Shown here one piece after another: positions 37,126 through 50,813 of a DNA stretch of 64,000 nt. The notes beneath the pieces were generated by a model, which saw only the letters and a list, made by a program, of their open reading frames with translations, did not search any database and was not told the origin of the DNA. Source of the stretch: Elsinoe ampelina (taxonomy: Eukaryota). Location: NCBI GenBank assembly GCA_010093995.1, contig ML992506.1:430832-494831 (forward strand). Reading direction: 5' to 3'. How positions within the stretch are numbered: position 1 is the first letter of the stretch; each line of letters opens with the position of its first letter. The translations under genes were made by a program, and so were the position numbers.

Positions 37126-38759
37126 GGGATGGGATCGATAGGGTTTTCTTCATAGGGGCAGAGATGGTATGGGCTGGGATAGGGACAGGGATAGGGACTC
37201 ATTTAGCGGGCGCACCTTTTTCTGCATGGCATGGAATGGGTTTGGTTTTGGACAGGTTGGCATGTAGGAGGAGAGAAAGATACCCAGGGGTTATACATGG
37301 ATGCTTGGTAGAGTAGATTGGCAATCGATCATGTCGAGATCAGTCCCCCTTTTCCCTTTCGCTTTATGTATCATCTCCGTTTCAGCCTTTCAGCTTTTCA
37401 GGCTATGTCCCTCGTCTCGTCGTCGTGACTTGACCCTGGAGGTGAGGCATTCGGTCCCCTTTCCCCCTACGTCCGTATTCAACCATGTCTTTCCCACCAA
37501 CTAATGGCCCAGACGACCGCCAACGGTCTGAAACGGCATGCGAGAAACAGGCGGCGATAAAGCCGTTGATAGGCAGGATCTGGGGCGGGCCGGGCTGTTT
37601 GCTGTTTTGGGGGTCAGAGGGATCTTGATGGAGATGCAGGACAGGGGACGTTTTGGCGGGTGAGGAGAGGGTGGTTGTGATGGCGGGAAAGGGTAGGGCT
37701 GAGGTGGAGGGGTGGTGACGTAGGGAGATGATGGGGTGGTGACAAAGGGTAGGTGGGGGAGAGACATGGGGAGAGGGCAATGGGTGAGTGGTCTTGTGGG
37801 TGGAGACGTGGGTGGTGGATGGCGCTGAATGAGAATGAGGAGCGAAGAGCTAGATGCTGGATGATTCGAGACGTGTTGGAGTGTGTACTTCGCTAAAAGG
37901 AGGAGGAGATGATCTTTCGCGACAAGGTCGCGTATCGTCAAAGGTAGAGCTTGCTCACCAAATGTCACACGAGGATGGACTCGGGCTACGAAGATCATTG
38001 GAATACCTACCGTGGAAGCGCGGGAGTGGACTTGACATTCATCTTTGCTTGCGAAACACGGTAGCATCGATCTTCCAAGTATCGCCTTGTTGCTTTTGCC
38101 CAGTGCATACAGTAATGCTACTAGGCTCCAAGGGTCGTTGCCGTTGGTAGTTTTGATACTCGGGTATTCCGTCCGGGAATGTATTCAAAGAGACGGCGAA
38201 GTCGCAAGCAGACATACGGTGCGATGGAACGACGGGTTCCTGACATTCTAGGCAGCGGACGAGGTGGTAACAAACATGGTTGCCGGCGAAGGGTGAATTA
38301 CATCGTCGACCAGATGGAAGGAATGAGAATACTTGACCTTCAGCCGCCGGTCGATTCACAGATCTCGAATCGATTGACCACTCCATTCTCTATTGCTTGA
38401 CTTGAACCCTGCAAGATTGAGAGGGACTGGTCGGCAGTGTGGGATTGCGATAGCTGACAGTGAAAGTTGGAAGACCGAGAGCAATGCGTTTGCTTGAATG
38501 TTCAATGAGAAGCATGCCCTCGCCGCCAACGCCAACGCCACCAGAGAAAGGTGGCGCAGCTGAGCAGTGACGCGCCAGCCAAGACAGGACGGGCAAGAGA
38601 CACATTATTCAAGAGCTGGAAATTGCAGTGAGACGCAACCAAAATTATCATTTCCATCATCAAAAGCGATATCAACATCGTCTTCAAGGTTGACACCTGA
38701 CATCTACGCCATCACCTCACCATATCCATCAGGGTTGCGACCGGGCAGCATCATCAGCC

Positions 38760-39269
38760 ATGGCCTTCATCTTTGTCTGCGGCACCCACACCTTCTCCAG
38801 CCAACTCAAAGGCTACGAACACATGACAGTACAGTGTCAGAACTGCGGAAACTTCAGTGGAAGAGTGTACAAGCGATGGTAAGGCGATGCGACTTGAGCG
38901 ACGAGCAATCCACAGGCTGACGAATGTTATAGGCAGTGGTTCACCATCTGTTGGATCGTGAGTATTCTATCCATCCTATGGTGTGTTTGCCCATACTAAT
39001 TCTTGCTGCAGCCCATCATTCCATTCAGTCTGAAGCCATGGCAGGAAGTCGGATGCCACATCTGCAATTTTTATCAAGACATAAAGTAAGCGCTCCCACT
39101 TGTGATCGACATGCGACAGCACTCTGACATGTCCAGGTATCGACCTGATGTACAGAACGGCAGTGCTGGGGGAGCACATCAGCTAGGCGCAATGCCCCCG
39201 GGCGGACAGCAATATGGAGGACCGCCAGGAGGACCGCCGGGAGGAAAACCCCAAGGTCAATATGCATAA
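38760..39269 (+). CDS. Small zinc-ribbon protein (CxxC...CxxC) with a G/P/Q-rich tail; missed by the ORF track
   Basis: Exons 38760-38878, 38933-38957, 39012-39085 and 39137-39269 give MAFIFVCG..CQNCGN..KRWQWFTICWIPIIPFS..CHICNFYQDIKYRPDV. All introns are GT-AG with branch sites. Confidence 0.85.
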
Positions 39270-39898
39270 CGCTACTCCGGCTGCCCGCTGTTTGAGAATG
39301 TGCATCTCAAGGCGTTTAACGGACCCGCAATCAGCACCTACTCTGCAAACTCTCCGCGATGATACCTTTTCCATATTGGATTTTCCTCCTGTAGCATATC
39401 TTTACCTCTGCGCAATGACGTTTAATTCATGATGGACTCTAAATCCGCCTTGACAACAAGTGATACACTACTTGACTGCATGAAGCGCGACAAGCATGAT
39501 ACGATATCAGAATCAGGCAAATGCTGGAGTCCCTCGAGTTTGATGAGCAGGGGGGCCGGGCCATTCGCACCAGAAACACGGGGGCACATTCAGCGAGCCC
39601 AGCAGCGCACGATTTGACTGGCCGGCGAGCGATCGTACGTCGAAAACAGGGCTTCCTTTTGCTGCCTCGGCAAAAGCGACCTAGCCGGATTGGTTAAAAC
39701 TGAGGGGAGACGAAGAGGGGAGCTCCCAGACGTAGAGGTCTGTTGATGCCAGCTCACTCGATTTTGTCGGGGGGCTTCGCTGGGCCCCAGGTCCCCGAAG
39801 AATTTTCAACCACTTTTTGCAACTTCAACTCGGCTTTCCACCACTTCCCACCCTTTTTTTCAACAACCGAATCGCAACCCCAGGACCCGTTGTTAACA

Positions 39899-41372
39899 AT
39901 GGCGAAGCAATCTTCTGCCGCCGTCGCAAAGCCCTCAACAAAGACTATTGTTGTAGATGAAGCTGAATTCGTCCGCACTCGTGATGCTGTAAGTCAATTG
40001 ACATTCCCACGCGCCCGACAGATTGTGCGACCGTCGAGAGCTTCAACTAGACTTCTTTGTTGATGCTCCCTCGGCGGGACGCGTTCAACCGCGTCAAGCT
40101 CCGAGCTTCGATATCAACGACGACGGCGACCAATTCTACAATCGTGTCGATTGCGTATTCTCAACCATCCCGTCGCTAACAGCTTCTCAGGTCATCACAT
40201 CATGGACGCGTCTCCACGGCGCGCTGCAATCTGCCATTCAAGCATACATCGACCATTCCAATGCCGTGCTTGGTGGCGAGAAGGCCCTCGATCAGAGTGG
40301 ACTCAATCTGCTGATGAACGCTGCTGTCGCCCCAGTCACTGCCGCTGACACTGTCGTCCCTACCACTGAGGCTGTTCCTCGCGAAATCAAGTTTGAGGGC
40401 GACGATGGCGAGAAGAAGAAGCGCACTCGTGCCAAAGCGCCAAAGGATCCCAACGCACCTAAGCGTCCTCTGACCGCGTACCTCCTCTACCTTGAGGAGA
40501 TGCGCCCTATCATCCAGAACGACCTCGGTCCAGGTCAGCGTCGTGGCGACATCAGTAGTGAAGGCACTCGCCGTTGGCACGAGCTGAGCGATGCAGCCAA
40601 ACAGGTAATTTACCCTCTTCCTTACTAGATCAATTCGTGGCTAACATCCGCCCAGGTTTATAAAGATCGTTATGCCAAGTCCTGGGAAGAATATCTCAAA
40701 GCCCTCGAGGCCTACAAGATCGCCCACCCCGAGTCTCCTCTCAACCAGATCAAGGGTGCCGTCGAGCCCGACCCAGCAGACCCAGAAGACGACGAAGCCG
40801 AACCACCCAAGCCCAAAAAAGCGCCAGCCAAACCACGAGCTAAGAAGGCCGCCGAAGCAAAGCCCGCCCCTGCTCCCGAACCCGTCGCCCAAGCAGATGC
40901 CTCAACCGACTCGGACGCAGAATCCTCCGTCGTCTCCTCCGACGATTCCGACAGCGAAGAAGAAGCCCCCAAACTCCCCACCCCACCCAAACCCACCGCC
41001 ACTACCCCAGCCAAGAAAGCCACCCCCCGCACCACCGCCGCCGCCAAAGCCAAAGCCGCCAAAGCCGCCGCCGCCGTCGACGCCTCGGCCGCCACTCTCG
41101 CGAGCTCTCCGCCCCGCACGAACAAGAAACCCAAGGAATCCTTCACCGCCGTGAACGGCAAGACGGACACGCCCAACAAGAAACGCAAATCGGCTGCCAC
41201 TGAGGAGAAGGAGGAGAAGAAAGAAGCACCCAAGGCGAAGCGCGCGAAGAAGGCCAAGGAGCCGGAGCCGGAGGTGGAGGCTGAAGCTGAGGCGGCGGCG
41301 GAGAAGGTGGAGGAGGTCAAGGAGAAGAAGAAGCCCGGTAGGAAGAGGAAGAGTGCTGCTGGGGGTGAGTAG
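39899..41372 (+). CDS. HMG-box chromatin protein with acidic and Lys/Ala-rich tail
   Basis: KDPNAPKRPLTAYLLY..RW..LS...KQ|VYKDRY. Exons 39899-39988, 40191-40604 and 40656-41372. Confidence 0.88.
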
Positions 41373-42103
41373 ATGGTCGTGGAGAGTGTGAGGGCGAGCA
41401 TGTTGGGGGAATTTGTGTTGATTTATGTAGCTAAGAAAGGAGCTGGAGGGGTGTGGCAATGGTGATATGTGACTAATGACTTGTAGGGAGATTTTCGGGT
41501 CATTTTAGTCAAGAAGGTCATCAAGGGAGGAGGGAGAGTGCGCAGGTTGGACATGTTGGATCGTGGTATTGGGGCGGGGGCGGGCAGGGGTTTTGAGGTG
41601 GATCATGCGTGATGCTTCGGATGGATAGTCGGGAGCTGGGCTCGATATCTACTGGTGGGATGACGGGAATGAGAATCTCCTTGATGGTGTTTTCCATATT
41701 GTCTCCCGTTTGATCAATTATGATGCATGCCAGGGCCCCCATATGGCTGGGAACATGGCAGACTCTATCAGCTTGATGTGGACGATGTCTCTCGTGAGGT
41801 ATGGCAAGGACAAGGATTACTGTGTAGTCGTCCTGAGCCTGTCTCCAGTGCCCGAGTTCTGCATTGAGAAGCAAACGGGCTTACAGAGATATCCCTAAGG
41901 TACGGTTCTCAAAGTGCTCTTTTTCACGACCAAGCTATGCGAATCTATCAACAAGAAATCCTCCACCCCTCCGTCCCACCCAAACGCCATCCTACTTTTC
42001 CACGCCTCTCTTTCAACCAGCCATACCGTCTCCCACCCCTCCAAACCCCCCTCACACGCTCCGTCAAATCTCACCCGCACTGACCGTCCACCCACTCCAC
42101 ACC

Positions 42104-44608
42104 TCACTCCCCCCTCCCCACATTCGCCTTCTTCGCCAACAAATTCAACGCACTCCCAGCAAGCACAAACCCACACTGGCCCTCAGTCAACGTATGCCTC
42201 GTCTCGACCCTCCTCTCCACCCCATCCCTCCCCTTGACCACAAGCGCCACCTCCCCCTCCCCACCGCTCCGCAGCACATCCCACAACCCCTCCGTCCTCA
42301 CCTCATCCCCGGCCCGCACGACGTCGAAATCCCCCTCGTGTTTAAACGTGAGCGGCACCACGCCCTGCTTCTTCAGATTCGTCTCGTGGATGCGCGCGAA
42401 CGATTTGGCGAGGACGACGCGGGCCCCGAGGAACCGCGGCTGGAGCGCGGCGTGTTCCCGCGCCGAGCCCTCGCCGTAGTTGTGCTCTGCCACGACGAGC
42501 CATTCTTGGCCCCTGTCGCGCCATTTTTTGGCCAGGGCCGGGATGCCCATGCCGGCCTTTTTGGTTTCGAGGTCGGGAATGTCGTACACCGTGTTGGTCT
42601 CGCCTGTTTCGGCGTTGATGGCGCCGATGAGCGTGTTTTCGCTGATGTTGGGCAGGTGGCCTTTGTATTTCAGCCAGGGACCAGCGGCCGAGATGGTGTC
42701 GGTCGTGCATTGTCCGCGGACTTTGGCGAGGACGCGGAGGGAGGTGAGTTCGCCTGCTGGGAAGGGGGGGAAGGGGTCGAGGATGGCGAGGCGGGTGGAG
42801 GTCGGGGAGATGACGACTTTGGTGGAGGGGTTTGGTTGGGCGGGGGTTGGGTAGAAGGCAGGGTTGCCTTTGGCGAAGCCGGAGGAGGGGAGGTCTTGAC
42901 CTGTGGGTGGGGAGAAGCGGAAGGTGGAGCCTGAGGGGAGCGGGATGGAGTCGGTCATGGGGTTGAAGGTGGTGCTGCCGGAGTAGGACATGGCGGTGAC
43001 GAGTTCGGGGGAGGCGAGGAAGTTCATGGTCTTGGTGTTGCCGTCGTTGCGGCCGCGGAAGTTGCGGTTGTAGGAGGTGAAGATGGCGTTTTCTTCGCCC
43101 TTGCTGACGCCGTCGGTACGGTTCCACATCCCAATGCAGGGACCGCAGGCGTTGGCGAGGACGACACCACCAGCAGAGGAGAAGGTGTCGAGAGTCTGAT
43201 CTCGGTCCAGCGTCGCGCGAATCTGCTCGCTGCCTGGGGTGATGAAGAAGTCTGCTTTGGGCTTGAGTCCTGCAGCAGACGCTTGCTTGACGAGAGACTC
43301 TGCGCGGGTCATGTCCTGGTAGGAAGAGTTTGTGCAGGATCCGATCAAGCCAGCTCCGAACGTCTCTGGCCATTCATTTGCCTTGACCAAGTCTGAGAAC
43401 TTGGAAAGAGGTGTCGAAAGGTCCGGTGTCATTGGTCCGTTGATGTGTGGTTCAAGCTTGCTCAGATCAATCTCAATGACCTGATCATATTCAGCTCCCG
43501 AGTCGGGTCGCAGAAGGTTGTGTGGGCCTGGTGAAGACGCAATCGTTGCCGCTGCTGTCGCTATCGATCCTCTGCCCGTGGCCTCCAAATATGGTATGTG
43601 AGATGGCGAGAAAGGGAAGATCGACGTCGTAGCACCCACTTCGGCGCCCATATTACACGCTGTCGCCATTCCTGTGCATGATAGTGTCTCTACACCGGGT
43701 CCAAAGTACTCCAGGATATAGCCAGTGCCTCCTCGTACGGTCAGCTGACCAGCAAGATACAGAATGATGTCCTTTGGACTAGCCCAGCCAGAGAGCTGTC
43801 CCGTAAGACGAACGCCCAGTATCTTCGGTGCCTTCAACTCCCAGGGCGCGTCGACCATGGCGTCCACAGCATCTGCTCCTCCCACACCAATAGCAATCGC
43901 TCCAAGACCTCCAGCGTTCGGTGTGTGACTGTCCGTGCCTAGCATCATAAGGCCCGGCGCACTGTAATTCTCCAACACAGTCTGGTGGATAATCCCTGCT
44001 CCTGGCGGCCAGAACTCGATCCCATACTTGAGCGCCGCACTCTCCAGGAAGTCGAAGACCTCCTTATTACCCTTGATCCCCTCCGGAAGATCCACATCCG
44101 CGCCCCGCTCGCCGACAATCATGTGATCGCAGTGTATACTAGCCGGAACAGCTGTTGTAGGTAGACCGCAGGACATGAATTGAAGGAGAGCCATTTGCGC
44201 CGAGGCATCCTGCATGGCCACCCGGTCAGGTTTGAGCTTGAGGTTGGCTTTTCCTCGGATGTCTGCGCCATTGTTCGTGCCTGTTAATAACGACTCTTCC
44301 GGGTTGTCGAGATGTGAGTAGAGGATCTTTTCTGCCAACGTGAGGGGTCGTGTGGGGAGTAGTCGGCGGACTTCGTGCAACCGCTTGAGGAGTTTGGGAT
44401 ATGGAGGCGTCCTCTGCTTGAGCTGGGTCTCTGAAAGTGCAGCTGCCGTGTCCGTCGTCGTGGCGAGACATCTCCTTGAGGGAAGCTGGGACGTATAGTG
44501 TGTCGCGTGCTGGAATAGTCAATCAATGTGTTGTCTGCTGCGCAATGTGGTACAGCTTACCTTGCTGACCGGCCTCACTGCAGTCTTCAGAACTCGCGCT
44601 TGCACCAT
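42104..44608 (-). CDS. ACO2: Mitochondrial aconitase-family protein, ACO2 (homocitrate dehydratase)-type
   Basis: Presequence exon 44608-44561, intron 44560-44510. Motifs LTLAEKILYSHL, DRVAMQDASAQMALLQF, IHCDH, GTDSHT, IGSCTNSS, ANACGPCIG and NYGEGSAREHAA. The QDASAQ and TTDTIS variants favour the ACO2 type over ACO1. Confidence 0.88.
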
Positions 44609-45007
44609 CGTGGTTGAGAGATCGGGTGGAGGGGAGGTACTTTGCGAGTGCAGCAATTCGCGATCTCCAGATGCACTGAACCTACTCCTAGGTCCTTGGG
44701 TAGTCTGGAGAAATTCATCGGTCTCGGCCAGCGCTCCGCCGACATCGGTAAGGCAAATTTGGAAGCATGCTATTGGCCACTCGGCTCAGGGGCGTATCAC
44801 AGCCATGTTTCACTGGGGCTGAAATTATATAATAAGGTCATCAATTGTCGTGATTGCTAACAATGCAGGATCATGCTTCTTGTTCATGCTGGTCCAAATA
44901 ACCATAACGCCATCCCAAACCAATGCTGGTATCCCCGCAACAAACAACCAAGCCAAGTACAATGAAGTGATGGTCCAAACAATACCAATGCAGACTCATA
45001 GCATTCT

Positions 45008-47875
45008 TTACGCGTCCCCAGCATCTCGAGTTTCTTGAGCAATCTGCTCATACCAAGGTCCGTGAGCTTTGAAGTCGACGTCCGCAAGCCTGCTCATAAT
45101 GTCGACAATGTCGCTAACGTGCGCAATGAATTCTGGCAGACCAGCACTTGACAAGCTCTCACTTGCGCCGCTAGCGGCTCTGACCCTCTCCTGGCTGGTT
45201 GATGCTGACATACGCATGAAAATATGGGTGCGGAGGCGCTGAGCCAGGATCTTGAGGACAGGATCCGACAGCCTGGCAGAAGCTGACTGATGACAAAACC
45301 GTCCTACTGCAGCCTGCAGAAACCTTTCCGAGGACTCGGGCATGCCTCTGGATGACAGTAATACTGAAGAGACTTGCTGAGACAGGTCCTCAGCTTCGAG
45401 GCTGACCTTGGAGGTCAGATCCCAAAGACGAGTCGCCTCGGGCTTCCAAGGCGCACGAACGTCACGTTTCATGAGATTTTTGGCTGTAAGCAAAGATGCG
45501 CCAATGCATATGATTCTGTAAAAGTTGCGCCGAATATGCAAGAGCCTTTCCCTGTCGAGGGCGAGCGTCTCTGGCCAAGCAGATTCTTCGAGCATGCTGG
45601 ACGACGTCGCGAGTTCTATGAGCCCCCGAGCATGGATCTTCGGTGGGGTTGGGCGATCCATAGCCAGTCGGATCTGCTCAGGATCGCGTCGGTCGGCCTC
45701 AGTCAGTGCATTGACACTAGCGTTGCGCCACCATCTGGTTGTATGCGTCAAGGTTGTCCTGCCAGCTTCCAGATCCTGTGCGAACATTCTCTGTTCGTAC
45801 CCGGCCGCTTCACGAATGAGCACTGGAGCTGCGTTCATGAGCAAAAAGTTGGAATAGTCTAAGCAAAGCAGTTCGATGAAGTGAAGGAGGCGGAAGAGCT
45901 TTTCAATCATCTCGCTGGTGTCGTCGGTCATGTTCTGTAGATCCTCGACCAAAACTTTCACCTGCTCATCGCGGAACGGTGCGCAGAGCTTAGGCAAGAT
46001 CGATGACATGAAGGTGAAGAATTTGGCATATGAAAACATGCCTTGTGTGCATTGCCGGTACACATGATCTGAATCCAGTGCCTCCGAGATGAGTGTGTGC
46101 ATAGAGTTGCCTGGCTTAAGGATACCCAGGAGCTTGCCCCGGATACATTCTGCCATTGCGGTAGTCCACGGGGCAAGTTCGCCACGCTCGATGCCATCTT
46201 TCATGCTGTCGCAGAGACCACGATTGATCTGGTCGCGCATCTCGGACTGCTTGGAGGTTGGAACGCGGTAGTCTTTGTTGACGGCAAGCTCGTGCGTGAT
46301 GACACGGTTTGATGGAATTGGCGAGAACAGTGCCGAAAACGACTGTGGGCCAGATCTGGACTGCTCAGGCACAGCAGCAGACAATTGGCGAACCCCTTCC
46401 AGGGCATCATCATTTGACGGTGTGACAGCTGTATCCTGAGCTGATGTCTCTGCAACACGCGGACGTACCTCTGCTGCAGTTCGCTTCCTGCCTTTTCGTC
46501 GTCGACTCTCGCGGATGGCTTTCTTGATCAGAGAATCTGCACGATCAGGTCCAGCAAGCTTTCTGATACGGCTCAACAGAATGACCTGATTATCTCGAAT
46601 GCCTTGCCGATAGTCTTCTGCCACATTGCCCAGCGTATCGTCTTTGACAGTCTGCCAGATAGCATCAAGCTCCACAAATGAAGCTACCATTGTGTCGATC
46701 AAAGTCGACGAGTCTTGAGCCTTCCATGCATTGAAGGCGCTCGTATAAGTTGAATAGATATGCGAGAGCTCCTCAACTTGAGTCGGCGTTGGGCAAAACC
46801 TGTTCCACCGTGCTAGTCGACATGTGGCTGTTTCGAACAACACCACTAGCTCTTGCGCTTTGGTCACCAGGTCATTCTCTTGTGCTCCAAGCCTGCCAAA
46901 CACAGCATCTGGTTGCGCCAATAAGAGGTAAGCAGATAAGAAAGCCCGGGTGTCGGAACTGGAACTGTCTTCGGCACCATTGCGAAGATTGAAGAGATCA
47001 AGTATGCGCTTGGTACCATGGATGACCTTTTCGTTGATGATCAGACTGCTCACATCTTCGAACGAGATCAGCCGCATTTGCTCGAGGTTGATGCCGATAT
47101 CAATCCAGCCTTCGATCGTTGCCTTTCGGGTCTTGTATCTCCACGAGCGTTGGATCCTTCTCGCGGCTGCGTCCTCGTCAAGCACGATAGCGACGCTCGT
47201 CTTGTCGACGTCGATGTCCTCAGCGACTGGTGCCAGCTTCTTCTCCTGGCTGCTCGCTCGCCGCATTCGTCGGGCGTGCAGATTTCTCTGGTACTCTGCT
47301 CTTCTTCTGTCTGCTTCGGCCAATCTCTCCTCCATATCCTGACGTGTCTTCCTTTCTTCTTCAAGCTTCCTGGCTTTCATCTCTTGCGCCCTCTGCTTGG
47401 CGCGCTCGACTTCTTCGGCGCATTGCGCAGCGACCTTTGCCAGGTACTTCTCCCGAGCGACCTGGGCAGCGACGGCTCTTTCTTCACTGGCGGTGCTTCG
47501 CTGAGGCGCAGCTTTGAGGAGAGCAGCTCGCAGGCGCACTTGCTCGCAATGGGCAGCTCGGTCGGCGAGACGAGCTTTCCGGGACTCCAGAATCGAGGCT
47601 CGGCGTAGCTGTTGAGCAATTGCATGGCTTTGAGATGAGGCTCGGCGAAGCGAGCGAGCGGATGTGTGAGAATGAGAGGATGATAAGGAATTCCTACGGG
47701 AAGACGCTGCTGAAGACTTGCGGCGAGTGAGCGGCCTACGGTAGAAGCGTGCGGCGATGTGCGCAGGAGGTTCGAAGACACGTTCGACGTCGTCGGCAGC
47801 GTCGAACGAAGGCGGTCTGTTCTCCTGCTCAGCGGGCACTGCACCCATGTTGCTCTCGTGTCCTTTGCTCGACAT
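45008..47875 (-). CDS. T-complex protein 11 (Tcp11/SOK1-like) domain protein with IQ-like motif
   Basis: 955-aa ORF with AARRIQRSWR, RAFLSAYL, LCAPFRDE, LDYSNF and PETLALDRER. Confidence 0.82.
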   Translation of the reverse strand: MSSKGHESNMGAVPAEQENRPPSFDAADDVERVFEPPAHIAARFYRRPLTRRKSSAASSRRNSLSSSHSHTSARSLRRASSQSHAIAQQLRRASILESRKARLADRAAHCEQVRLRAALLKAAPQRSTASEERAVAAQVAREKYLAKVAAQCAEEVERAKQRAQEMKARKLEEERKTRQDMEERLAEADRRRAEYQRNLHARRMRRASSQEKKLAPVAEDIDVDKTSVAIVLDEDAAARRIQRSWRYKTRKATIEGWIDIGINLEQMRLISFEDVSSLIINEKVIHGTKRILDLFNLRNGAEDSSSSDTRAFLSAYLLLAQPDAVFGRLGAQENDLVTKAQELVVLFETATCRLARWNRFCPTPTQVEELSHIYSTYTSAFNAWKAQDSSTLIDTMVASFVELDAIWQTVKDDTLGNVAEDYRQGIRDNQVILLSRIRKLAGPDRADSLIKKAIRESRRRKGRKRTAAEVRPRVAETSAQDTAVTPSNDDALEGVRQLSAAVPEQSRSGPQSFSALFSPIPSNRVITHELAVNKDYRVPTSKQSEMRDQINRGLCDSMKDGIERGELAPWTTAMAECIRGKLLGILKPGNSMHTLISEALDSDHVYRQCTQGMFSYAKFFTFMSSILPKLCAPFRDEQVKVLVEDLQNMTDDTSEMIEKLFRLLHFIELLCLDYSNFLLMNAAPVLIREAAGYEQRMFAQDLEAGRTTLTHTTRWWRNASVNALTEADRRDPEQIRLAMDRPTPPKIHARGLIELATSSSMLEESAWPETLALDRERLLHIRRNFYRIICIGASLLTAKNLMKRDVRAPWKPEATRLWDLTSKVSLEAEDLSQQVSSVLLSSRGMPESSERFLQAAVGRFCHQSASARLSDPVLKILAQRLRTHIFMRMSASTSQERVRAASGASESLSSAGLPEFIAHVSDIVDIMSRLADVDFKAHGPWYEQIAQETRDAGDA

Positions 47876-48849
47876 GTTGGATATAACGTGGGCCTACCGA
47901 AGCTGTCGTGTGCTCGAGTTCCGTATCTGCTGCCCAGTGTTTATCAAGAAGAGAAGACTTTGGACGGCCAGCGTCGTCGCGTATGGGTTCAAGTAAGCGA
48001 CAGTTGTAGTAGAAGATGTATGTGCCTATACAAGGACGTCTCCATACCCCGCAGCTGGATCAATAAGCCCACCTGATAGTGCTTGGTATGAGTGAAGGTG
48101 GCTGGGAAATGATGGGGGATGATGACATAGCAGTCAGAAGCACATGGAAGCCGAGACTAGCGTGCCCTTTCTCCCAGTCGTTGGGCTTGATGGATATCTC
48201 TTGAAATGCCCGTCCGGCTGACTTGTGACTCCTTCAGGATGCGAACGACAATCAGGAGACTGAATGATGCGAGGGAATGATCGACACGTGGGAGCCTGGC
48301 ATGTGCTATGTGCTATAGTGAATGCATGCGGACTCTGCCTCCGATCGACATTCCGGAGCTTTACCCAATCCGGGATCGACATAGGGTATCAGTCACAGTT
48401 CTTGGTCTCTGAGGAACGTCAGTCCTGGTAGGTCTAAGGTCTTACAATACAATTACTATTAGAAGCTAGTATTTAAGCACGAATAACAGACTTTGAAATT
48501 TTCAAGTCACGCCTGGTGGTATTTGCCTTTCTAATAAGAGCTGTAGCCTGGTGGCTGACAACCTGAAAATCTCGGGAACATCCGCGGATCCCAAAGCAGG
48601 ACAAGATAACAACATGTTTCTTTGAACATTGTCGTCTTCGCACTAGATTCTCTGACAAAGAAATGCTACAGTCCTGTTCTCGGATTACCACCTATCCATA
48701 AGTAGCTTTCTGATGAGCAAACGGCCCAGGCCAGTGCTACAAACATGATCCTGCAGCTGGTCCCGCCTTCTGTTTACCTACCCCGGACTCGCCCTTAACT
48801 CCGTCTTCAAGAAGAAACATTTATTGGAGCAGACATCACCGACAAAGTA

Positions 48850-50813
48850 ATGCCCTCGTTGCTGCGCCCAAGGATCAAATGCTTCTACTGTGGAGGCAAA
48901 TCACCCCACCGTAAGGGCGACAAGCTCGATAGGTTCCAGTGTGCAACCTGCGAGGGAACAAACTTCCTTGACGAGGTACGTAAGCCCGTACGAAACACAA
49001 CTACAATTACTGACGGATCTGACAGAAAGGAGATATCACAGATGTGCCGCACGAGCCAATAGCTACGCCAACCCGGATAGACAAGAAGTATGCAATTCAA
49101 CGAGAGCCTAGCCTCAGCCCACCGAACCGAGTCGACGATTCTGGCGACTCGCTATTTTGCAAGAATTGCTTGACGAATCAGCACTTTCTCTCTCAACGCC
49201 TAGCCGATTATTTGCCTGATGAAGACGATCCTCGATATGAAGAATTCCTCGCCGCGTATCCCGCATACAAGAAGGACATAGAGAGACGATACCCACCCGT
49301 GTGCTCGAAATGCGAGCCTCGAGTCAGGGAACGCCTGAAGAAGACTTCATACGCAGCAAAGAGTGATATCCTCGCACGTTCGCTGGGGAAGAACCATGAT
49401 CAACTGGCATACTTCTCAGCAGGCTCTGCATGGACTCTGCCAAGAGTACTGTTGATTTCTGCCGAAGCTCTCTGGTGGTCAAATAGCTTGATTCAAGCAG
49501 CCTGGCATCTGCTGGGTGCGAAGGAAGCTCTGCGGTCGGATAATCGAGACTCATCGATGCAGCACGTACGTCTCGATCTCGTCGGCAGATGCGTCAAGTC
49601 CGCGATTCAAGTAAGACCACTACATCCGCTTTGCAATGTACAATTCGCGGCCTTGGTTCAATACTCTTTAGGAGTAGCACTTGCCATGCTGTGGTGGAAT
49701 CCGACTTTGTTACGATTTGGGAACGTGCGCACAATCAACAAGGTGTCTTTCTACGCCGTCCAGGTAGCAATACTGGTCTTTAGAGCAGCTGCTTGGTGGT
49801 ACCTGAGAGAACAACAGGAGTTGGATCTGCAGACCACGAAAGCTGCACATGCTCTGAGTCTGGCCACAATCGCAATGACTCTTCTACTTTCGTATCGCAT
49901 CGTCAGTCCAGCTCCCCGCCAGAAAGTCGAGTTCCGCAGTCTCGACACGCCTCTGGTGGACAAAGATGCTATTCTGCATCCACAGGAAGATTTCATCAGT
50001 CAAGCGACTCCAACAAAGAGAGCACCTGAAGCATTCAATATCAGTAATCTGAAACCAAGAAGCGCCTTCAGTCCGACGGGCATATCATCGGGTTCATCCA
50101 CTTCTGTTCCACCGCTGCAGAGGTTTCGGCCATCGTCAGAGTCAGATGCAGACTCCATGGACTGGGAGCCATCGCACGTGCAACCACTCCAACCCCTACG
50201 GCCCCGTGGAGTTGCACCCTCATCTCCGGTACAAGTGGTAGCGGGTATCGCTCAGCCATCAACGACTTCTACCGCTCCGAAAGCGCCGTCACCATTCTAT
50301 GGCAGCTTGCCGCCTGCACCAAAGTCTATGGAAGCGAGGATACGTGGTGCTGCACAAAATCCGCCTCCGCAATTCAAGCCGACTTCCGACTCGAAACAAG
50401 CAGACTGGTTCAAGCGTATGGGTTTGGCTCAATCCCAGACCAGCTGGGTAAACAAAGACTACGTCCGGACAGTGGACCAGGAGGATGAAAGAAACTACGA
50501 ACTTCAAGAGGGCAGACTGAACCTCGAAACTCTTGGCCTGCAAAAGAATGATGGCACGGGCCTGGAAGACCTCTTTGGGAGGAGCTTCCGCATCAACGAC
50601 GACAGCCCTATCAAGGAAGCACCCACAAGTGTGGAACATGCATCGCACAGATGGGGAGTCATAGAGATGGGTGCTATTGCAGTGCCTATCGTTCTCGCTG
50701 CTTGGTTGGCGTTCACCTACCTCGCTCCAGCTCAAGCTTGGGCGATTGGATCCTGGGTACAGAGTGCCACAGACTGGATCCACATAGGCCACGACGACAA
50801 CGAGGTCTTATGA
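48850..50813 (+). CDS. ima1: Inner nuclear membrane protein Ima1-like
   Basis: CFYCG..CATCEGTNFLDE|KGDITD (intron 48976-49025), LFCKNCLTNQ, YLPDEDDPRY and RYPPVCSKC, followed by TM segments and MDWEP. Confidence 0.85.
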
